This document shows positions 7,286 through 12,722 of a DNA stretch of 12,722 bases, in pieces; the first letter of the stretch is position 1, and the number at the start of each line of letters is the position of its first letter. The stretch is from a virus. Its lineage: Duplodnaviria > Heunggongvirae > Uroviricota > Caudoviricetes. The notes beneath the pieces are model-generated. The model was not told the DNA's origin. It was given only the letters and a program-made list of their open reading frames with translations, and did no database searches. A program made the translations under genes and the position numbers. The stretch lies in the IMG/VR virus record IMGVR_UViG_2711768053_000016, positions 1 to 12,722 of that record; one strand, written 5' to 3'.

Positions 7286-7330
7286 CCGGCCAGTGAAAAT
7301 CGCTGGCCGGAGCAGTATCAGGATTTTTTT
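7286..7330 (+). terminator. Hairpin (CCGGCCAG-n9-CTGGCCGG) followed 13 nt later by a T7 run; possible terminator of the early/cargo operon
   Basis: Perfect 8-bp GC-rich stem starts 7 nt after the SPFH stop. The U-tract is not immediately adjacent to the stem, so efficiency is uncertain. Confidence 0.4.
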
Positions 7331-7447
7331 AGCATGCCGTTCTCACAAAAAAACCGCTTGCCATGCCGCAATCAGTCAGGTTACATTTCCGCTGCACCTC
7401 ATAAAACGGGTGCCGGGTTTCGCAGCCTGCTGATCAACAAAGCGCAC

Positions 7448-7468
7448 AACCGCGCCAGCGGTTTTTTT
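7448..7468 (+). terminator. Compact hairpin (AACCGC-GCCA-GCGGTT) immediately followed by T7; intrinsic-terminator-like
   Basis: Seen directly in sequence. Lies in a roughly 320-bp stretch with no convincing coding potential. Confidence 0.45.
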
Positions 7469-7650
7469 GTGCGTACCGCATTGCCGCACATTTTTTCGCA
7501 TCAGAATTATGGTGGGGCGTACGGGGCCGACTTCGGTCGGGCCGGGTTTTCTTTGTTGACCGGTACTGCGAACCTCGTACGTCTCGCCACCCACAGTTTC
7601 GCAGCTCTGGATGGCGAGTATTTAAAACTTACCAACAAAGAGGCCACACC

Positions 7651-7881
7651 ATGGCAAACCGCAAACAGCACCGCGCTATCGCGGAGCGTCGTCACATCCA
7701 GACTGAAATCGATCGCAGACTCACCCGCGCTGCACACATCGCCTTTATCATGCAATCCAACACATTGCACAGACTCAACAGCACTATTTCAGCCGACTAC
7801 TGCGCCGCTGTATTCAGCTATCTGGCGGAAGACCTCCTGTCTCTTCAGGATCTCATCCAGCAGCAAAACAAACTCCATTAA
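7651..7881 (+). CDS. Hypothetical protein (76 aa)
   Basis: AAAGAGG lies 7 nt upstream of the ATG. Overlaps, in another frame, the long track ORF 7334..8320, whose upstream part I consider non-coding. Confidence 0.5.
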   Translation: MANRKQHRAIAERRHIQTEIDRRLTRAAHIAFIMQSNTLHRLNSTISADYCAAVFSYLAEDLLSLQDLIQQQNKLH

Positions 7882-7954
7882 TCCCTGTTCCGGGCCTTTC
7901 CTGCACCTTGCGGCGGGAGGCCTTCGCACATCTGTAGTAAAGAGGATTGCCGCA

Positions 7955-8320
7955 ATGATTCTCGCCAACGACTTTCTTGAATACCTGCTCAACACAGAGC
8001 GTGATCTTGCCGTTCGCGTGCGTGACCGTTATGACATGTACCTGAAATCCCTGCCCGCACCGCAGCTCGCTGACGGAAAAATTGTTATTGATGGTCGCTA
8101 CATGATTGACAGCCACGAGGGGAATTACAGGCTTTACCGCATTGAAGGCGGCACCCCGTCCGTTATTGGCATTTACCAGCGCCCATCCTCTGCGATCGTC
8201 GATGTGATTGCCGACAGCATCCGCATCACACACCACCATGCCGACACAGAAGACACTGTGCTGGAGATTCAGCGGCTGGCTGCCGTTTGCCGTGACACTC
8301 TGAATGGCATGACGAAGTAA
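7955..8320 (+). CDS. Hypothetical protein (121 aa) immediately upstream of the replication gene
   Basis: Internal ATG of the track ORF 7334..8320, with AAAGAGGA 9 nt upstream. Ends 6 nt before the gpA-like start. Confidence 0.55.
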   Translation: MILANDFLEYLLNTERDLAVRVRDRYDMYLKSLPAPQLADGKIVIDGRYMIDSHEGNYRLYRIEGGTPSVIGIYQRPSSAIVDVIADSIRITHHHADTEDTVLEIQRLAAVCRDTLNGMTK

Positions 8321-8326
8321 ATCAGT

Positions 8327-11149
8327 ATGACGACAGAGTACATCAGGGACTGGCAACAACCGCGCCACGCAGTAGGACGTGAAGGAACGGAGATCCCCGC
8401 ACCTGAATCCGCACTTTCCTCCTGGCTGGATGCCTACCGGGCAGAGAACGAACGCCGCCAGGAAATGGCTGATGCGGCGTTCTCCGCCACACCGCTGGGC
8501 AACCTGATTAATAAAAGCCTGGACGCACAGGAAAAACAGGACAAAACCATCACACTGGCAGGAGACGCCAGAAAGCAGGCACGCGGCGCGGTGGATGAAG
8601 CCATGGCCTCGCTGCGCCTGCTGCCGTCCTATCTGCGCGATCCGCTTATTCGCCACCTCTCCTTCCTGCGCAAAAAACAGGAAGCTGATCGCCGGAAAGG
8701 CAAAAAGAGCTGGCAGGCTGAACGCTACGCGCGCGGAACCCTGCGCAAAATATTCGAACGCCTGGACCGCACCGACCACCGCTGGCTGACACCGGGTTAT
8801 CGCTCCCTTGCCGGACGCGAACGCCTGGACGATTTGCTTTACCTGCCGCAGCTCAACAAACACCAGATACAGACGCTGGCCACCATGACGGCGGCGATGT
8901 TCAGCAGCACCTTCGAAAAACTCTGCGATGGCTTTGGCGCGACCGATGGCGAACTGACCATGGATGTAACGCTGAAGGCGTATCAGATGCTGGCCCGCAT
9001 GGCGTTACACCTGCACATCATGCCTCCACATTATGACGCACTGACAACAGATAAAGACCGGAGGAACGAACCGGACACGGAGCTGCTGCCGGGCGCAATC
9101 CTTCGCCTGACCTGTGCGGAATGGTGGAAACGCAAACTGTGGCTGTTACGTTGCGAGTGGAGAGAAGAACAACTCCGCGCCGCCTGTCTGGTTTCCAGAA
9201 AAACATCACCCTATCTGAGCCAGGACGCGTTAAGCGAGTTTCGCGCACAGCGCGAGAAAACACGCGATTTCCTGAAAAGTTTCATGCTGGAAAATGAAGA
9301 CGGGTTCACGATTGATCTCGAGACAGTGTATTACGCGGGAGTAAGTAACCCGGTTCACCGTAAGGCAGAAATGATGGCCACCATGAAGGGACTGGAACTT
9401 CTGGCCGAAGCCCGTGGCGACAGAGCGGTGTTTCTGACTGTCACCTGCCCGTCAAAATACCACGCAACAACGGAGAACGGTCATCCGAACCCCAAATGGA
9501 ACGGGGCCACCATGCGCGACTCCAGCGATTACCTGGTTAACACGTTTTTTGCGGCGGTCCGCAAAAAACTGAACCGCGACGGCCTGCGCTGGTATGGCAT
9601 CCGCACGGTGGAGCCTCACCATGACGGCACCGTGCACTGGCATATGATGGTCTTTGCTCATCCGGAAGAAATCGACAGCATCGTGGCCATCACCCGCGAT
9701 ATTGCCATTCAGGAAGACCGCCACGAGCTGGGCAATGATATTACTCCGCGCTTTAAGGTGGAGTATGTCGACGGCTCCAAAGGCACACCAACCAGCTATA
9801 TCGCGACCTACATCGGAAAAAACCTGGACAGCCGCGCCGTGGATGGCATCGACCCGAAAACGGGCAAGCCACGCGTTGACCACGAAACCGGAAAATCAAT
9901 GGCCGAGAGTGTGGAACGCGCCATCGGCTGGGCGCGCCTTCACCGAGTCCGCCAGTTCCAGTTCTTTGGCATCCCCTCCCGTCAGGTATGGCGTGAACTC
10001 CGCCGCCTTGCCAGCCAGATGGCACGCAACCCGGAAGGCCCACAACGGCTGAAGGATGATGCAATGGATGCGGTACTCGCTGCCGCTGATGCCGGGTGTT
10101 TTGCCACCTACATTGAGAAACAGGGCGGCGTACTTGTTCCACGCAAAGACTACCTGATTCGCACCGCCTACAACCTCGCAGATGAGCTGAACGATTACGG
10201 CGAACAGAGCGTACAGATTTACGGGATCTGGTCACCACTCATCGGGGAATCCTCCCGTGTGTGCACGCACCCGGATAACTGGAAGCTGGTAAGACGTAAA
10301 CCGGAAGCGGAAGACAGCACCCGCGAAAATGGTTTTGACCTTCAGGGCGGCCCTGCCGCCCCTTGGACTCGTGGCAATAACTGTCCCCGTGTACAGGAAA
10401 CGGACAACAACGGGACAGAACAGCCGGAAGAACGGCCAGCACCGTGGCCGCAGCTCCCTGACGGCGTTGAAGTGAACGAATGGATGCGCTCACTGAAACG
10501 GCACGAACGCCGGGCGCTGATGCGTTCGCTTCGTGCCAAACAGGCAAAAAACAGCAGTGATGAAATGCAGAGCTGGACACAGAGCCACAAACAGCAGCGG
10601 CCTTTGCCTGATAACCACGAATTACTCGCTAAAGAATGGCGGGAATCTGCCGAATCTCTCGGCCTGCATATCGGTGAACAGCAGATGCAGCACCTGTTAC
10701 GGGGCGGCAGCCTGTACGTTGACGGCAGCATCATTGCACCGCAGGGATTTGAAATTGTACGCAAACCGGATACCCGCCCGGACAGCCGAATCACGCAGCT
10801 CTGGCAGCGCCTGAGCCGTAATCACGGCGTAAGCAGCACGGAGATCCGCCATAACCCGGTCGCCAGCTATCTGGAACAGCTGGGGGCATCAGACCCCGAA
10901 GCCGCCGCACGTCTGGCATCCACACTTCAGCAGGACCAGAACACCATGAAAACCCCCGTTACCGTGCTTTCTGACATGCTGCGCGCCATCCGTGACGCAG
11001 AGCACGCACAGAGAATCAGTGAAACCACTGAACGCGCCCACCGCAAAGCAGACCTGCTGCGGGGTAGCCTGACCAGTGGAAACAAAAAACAGACAGAAAC
11101 GGGATTCACAAATCCCGTAAATGAGCAAAAAACGTGCCGCGATATATGA
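8327..11149 (+). CDS. P2 gpA-family rolling-circle replication initiator (HUH endonuclease), 940 aa
   Basis: Rolling-circle initiator motifs in order: AVFLTVTCPSKYH (motif 1), HDGTVHWHMMVF (HUH, His437/His439), and SYIATYIGKN with two tyrosines 4 residues apart (Tyr491/Tyr495). Position at the end of the early operon matches P2 gene A; the protein is longer than P2 gpA. Confidence 0.85.
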   Translation: MTTEYIRDWQQPRHAVGREGTEIPAPESALSSWLDAYRAENERRQEMADAAFSATPLGNLINKSLDAQEKQDKTITLAGDARKQARGAVDEAMASLRLLPSYLRDPLIRHLSFLRKKQEADRRKGKKSWQAERYARGTLRKIFERLDRTDHRWLTPGYRSLAGRERLDDLLYLPQLNKHQIQTLATMTAAMFSSTFEKLCDGFGATDGELTMDVTLKAYQMLARMALHLHIMPPHYDALTTDKDRRNEPDTELLPGAILRLTCAEWWKRKLWLLRCEWREEQLRAACLVSRKTSPYLSQDALSEFRAQREKTRDFLKSFMLENEDGFTIDLETVYYAGVSNPVHRKAEMMATMKGLELLAEARGDRAVFLTVTCPSKYHATTENGHPNPKWNGATMRDSSDYLVNTFFAAVRKKLNRDGLRWYGIRTVEPHHDGTVHWHMMVFAHPEEIDSIVAITRDIAIQEDRHELGNDITPRFKVEYVDGSKGTPTSYIATYIGKNLDSRAVDGIDPKTGKPRVDHETGKSMAESVERAIGWARLHRVRQFQFFGIPSRQVWRELRRLASQMARNPEGPQRLKDDAMDAVLAAADAGCFATYIEKQGGVLVPRKDYLIRTAYNLADELNDYGEQSVQIYGIWSPLIGESSRVCTHPDNWKLVRRKPEAEDSTRENGFDLQGGPAAPWTRGNNCPRVQETDNNGTEQPEERPAPWPQLPDGVEVNEWMRSLKRHERRALMRSLRAKQAKNSSDEMQSWTQSHKQQRPLPDNHELLAKEWRESAESLGLHIGEQQMQHLLRGGSLYVDGSIIAPQGFEIVRKPDTRPDSRITQLWQRLSRNHGVSSTEIRHNPVASYLEQLGASDPEAAARLASTLQQDQNTMKTPVTVLSDMLRAIRDAEHAQRISETTERAHRKADLLRGSLTSGNKKQTETGFTNPVNEQKTCRDI
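11099..11118. promoter_or_regulatory. Perfect palindrome ACGGGATT-caca-AATCCCGT (site 1), overlapping the last codons of the replication gene
   Basis: Seen directly in sequence. Near-identical site 2 lies 73 bp downstream, directly upstream of parM; candidate ParR operator or centromere half. Confidence 0.4.
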
Positions 11150-11171
11150 AGCGCGCACAAAACAGGCAAAA

Positions 11172-11191
11172 ACGGGATTTCAGAATCCTGT
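11172..11191. promoter_or_regulatory. Palindrome ACGGGATT-tcag-AATCCTGT (site 2), 35-54 nt upstream of the parM start
   Basis: One mismatch from a perfect palindrome. Flanks match site 1 (AAACGGGATT ... GTAAA). Position is consistent with a parC-like autoregulatory/centromere site. Confidence 0.4.
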
Positions 11192-11225
11192 AAACGATTA
11201 ATTAATCAACATAAGGAAAAGCGAC

Positions 11226-12185
11226 ATGAAAATTTGTATCGACGACGGCTCCACCAACATCAAGCTGGCATGGACTGAGAACGGCGAACGCCGCAACGCC
11301 ATCAGCCCGAACAGCTTCAAGTCGGAATGGTCTGCGCCGTTCGGTGGCACGCAGCCCGCGAACTACATGCTTGATGGCGTGCGCTATGGTTTTGATCCGG
11401 TCAGCGATCGCTTTGTCCAGACGACCGACACGCAATACCAGTACAGCGATGTGAATGTCATTGCCATTCATCACGCGCTGGTCAAATCAGGCATCACGCC
11501 ACAGGAGGTGGATGTGGTTGTCACCCTGCCACTGAGCGAGTATTTCGACACAAACGCACAACCGGACATGGCCAACATCAACCGCAAAAAAGCGAACGTT
11601 ATGCGCCCGGTGGAGTACCAGAACGGCGAGGCATTCACTATCCGTAACGTGCGGGTTATGCCTGAATCCATTCCGGCTGGCTTTAAAGCACTGGCTGACA
11701 TGAGTCCGTTTGAATCCCTGCTGATTGTGGATTTGGGCGGAACCACGCTGGATGTGGCAAAGGTTCAGGGGCAACTGGCAGGTATCAGCCAGGTGTTTTG
11801 CGATCCACACGTAGGCGTTTCTCTGATGGCCGGTGCCGTGCTGTCGGTGATGGCCACCAACGGTATGCGTACCAGTCACCACATCGCTAATACCATTATC
11901 GAACATCGCCACGATGAAGCCTGGCTGCGCCAGCACATCCACAATAACGCACATTACGCCAGCCTGATGGCAGTTATTCGTGAAAAGGAGGAAACACTGA
12001 AACAACGCGTGATCCGCGCGCTGGCGGGTTTTTCGGGTTACGGGCGGGTGATGGTTGTAGGTGGAGGAGCGGAGATTGTGGCACCCGCTATCCGCGAAGC
12101 CTGCGGAGTTAATGCGACTTTCATCGCGGACGGGGTGCCACAGTTTGCTCTGGTTAATGGGCTGTACGCAATGGATAAGGAGTAA
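11226..12185 (+). CDS. parM: Actin-like segregation ATPase, ParM/StbA family (319 aa)
   Basis: Recognisable similarity to plasmid R1 ParM (from memory): MKICIDDGSTNIKLAW (phosphate-1), VMPESIPAG, LIVDLGGTTLD (phosphate-2), VMVVGGGAE (adenosine motif). AAGGA RBS upstream. Confidence 0.85.
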   Translation: MKICIDDGSTNIKLAWTENGERRNAISPNSFKSEWSAPFGGTQPANYMLDGVRYGFDPVSDRFVQTTDTQYQYSDVNVIAIHHALVKSGITPQEVDVVVTLPLSEYFDTNAQPDMANINRKKANVMRPVEYQNGEAFTIRNVRVMPESIPAGFKALADMSPFESLLIVDLGGTTLDVAKVQGQLAGISQVFCDPHVGVSLMAGAVLSVMATNGMRTSHHIANTIIEHRHDEAWLRQHIHNNAHYASLMAVIREKEETLKQRVIRALAGFSGYGRVMVVGGGAEIVAPAIREACGVNATFIADGVPQFALVNGLYAMDKE

Positions 12186-12189
12186 ATCA

Positions 12190-12504
12190 ATGACGACACC
12201 AACCAGACGGATAAGTTTCTATCTGAAGCCCGCCGTCGTCAAGAGCGAACGGGAGGCGTGCAGTTACCTCGACAGCCTGCCAGCCTCCGAACGCAGCCGC
12301 GCACAACGCGCGGCTTTTCTGGCCGGACTGGCTCTTATAAAACGCATCCCCGCGTTGGCGTATTCGCTGGCAGAATGGTCAGAAGACGAAATAAGGATGC
12401 CACCGCTACCAGTACAGCCTGAAAAACCGGCGCAACCAGCAGCAGACTGCGCCCCCCATATGCAGCAGGTGAAGAAGAATATTCAGGCGTTTTTTCCGAA
12501 GTGA
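12190..12504 (+). CDS. parR: ParR/StbB-family centromere-binding protein (104 aa)
   Basis: N-terminus RRISFYLKPAVVKSEREACSYLDSLPASERSRAQRAAFLAGLAL parallels R1 ParR (RRTIAFKLNP...DTLDSIPQGERSRLNRAALTAGLAL, from memory). ATG 12190 has AAGGAG upstream and sits 5 nt after the parM stop; the track's longer ORF (12061) would overlap parM and is rejected. Confidence 0.75.
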   Translation: MTTPTRRISFYLKPAVVKSEREACSYLDSLPASERSRAQRAAFLAGLALIKRIPALAYSLAEWSEDEIRMPPLPVQPEKPAQPAADCAPHMQQVKKNIQAFFPK

Positions 12505-12518
12505 AAACAGGAGTAACT

Positions 12519-12722
12519 ATGTCCACCATTACCAAAGAATGGTTACAACGTAAAATCACAGAGTTTAAATCGTGGCGCGAAGACATCCCGTTCGGTCTTG
12601 ATGAAGACGATCACAATATGTTAATCGCACTGGAAATCGCACTTGCATCACTGGAAGCAGAGCCAGTGGCATGGATGCACGCAAATAATCCTATTGGAAT
12701 GCCGGCGATAACAAGAAGTAAA
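12519..12722 (+). CDS. Hypothetical protein, 5-prime portion only (68 codons; continues beyond window)
   Basis: ATG 12519 with GGAG 8 nt upstream; open to the window end. No recognisable motif in the visible part. Confidence 0.5.
   Translation, partial: MSTITKEWLQRKITEFKSWREDIPFGLDEDDHNMLIALEIALASLEAEPVAWMHANNPIGMPAITRSK

Larger units (their letters stand above)
1202..12722. mobile_element. Integrated P2/186-like temperate phage, integrase-proximal arm (int, C, cox-like, early region, gene A, post-A cargo); continues beyond window end; left boundary (attL) is somewhere in 934-1260 and not resolved
   Basis: Gene order int - C - divergent cox-like - early genes - gpA-type replication initiator matches the P2 early region. 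AT-rich int/C/early block contrasts with the flanking host glsA. Confidence 0.75.

Noticed and set aside
7334-7954. Upstream part of the 328-aa track ORF 7334..8320
   Set aside because: Implausible composition, contains the hairpin/U-tract structures, and is overlapped in another frame by a better-initiated gene (7651..7881). I take the real gene in this frame to start at ATG 7955.
7853-11169. Multiple long ORFs antisense to, or in other frames within, the replication gene (for example 7853..8863 minus, 9452..9883 minus, 9753..10238 minus, 10342..10794 minus, 9654..10052 plus, 10533..10814 plus, 10927..11169 minus)
   Set aside because: They lie entirely inside a gene with clear family motifs, have odd Arg/Cys/Pro/Ser-rich composition typical of spurious frames in GC-rich coding DNA, and lack convincing ribosome-binding sites.
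12061-12189. N-terminal extension of the parR ORF as given in the track
   Set aside because: It would overlap the last 125 nt of parM; the internal ATG at 12190 has a strong AAGGAG site and gives a ParR-length product that aligns with plasmid ParR from its first residues.
11202-12586. Minus-strand ORFs antisense to parM and parR (11202..11474, 11471..11746, 11487..12005, 12335..12586)
   Set aside because: Antisense to genes with clear actin-fold and ParR signatures; His/Cys/Thr-rich spurious translations.

Overview
The window opens with a complete chromosomal glutaminase gene (glsA, minus strand) and then runs into the integrase-proximal arm of an integrated P2/186-type temperate phage. In order: a tyrosine integrase, a 99-aa P2 C-type repressor, a short switch region, and a Cox-like first gene of the rightward early operon. 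The early operon is unusually long (about 3182-7330) and packed with small, mostly translationally coupled genes of unknown function. These include a 37-aa membrane peptide, a winged-helix-like protein flanked by 39-bp direct repeats, and a small 2-TM protein coupled to an SPFH/band-7 lipoprotein. After a structured non-coding stretch come two small genes, a 940-aa P2 gpA-type rolling-circle replication initiator, and a plasmid-type ParM/ParR partition module with paired palindromes upstream; the window ends inside a further unknown gene. I found no rRNA, tRNA, CRISPR array or IS element. All calls rest on reading the sequence and the ORF track plus remembered family signatures; no database search was run. 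The best candidates for an undescribed system are the membrane peptide/SPFH pair and the ParMR module in the post-A cargo position, both unproven.
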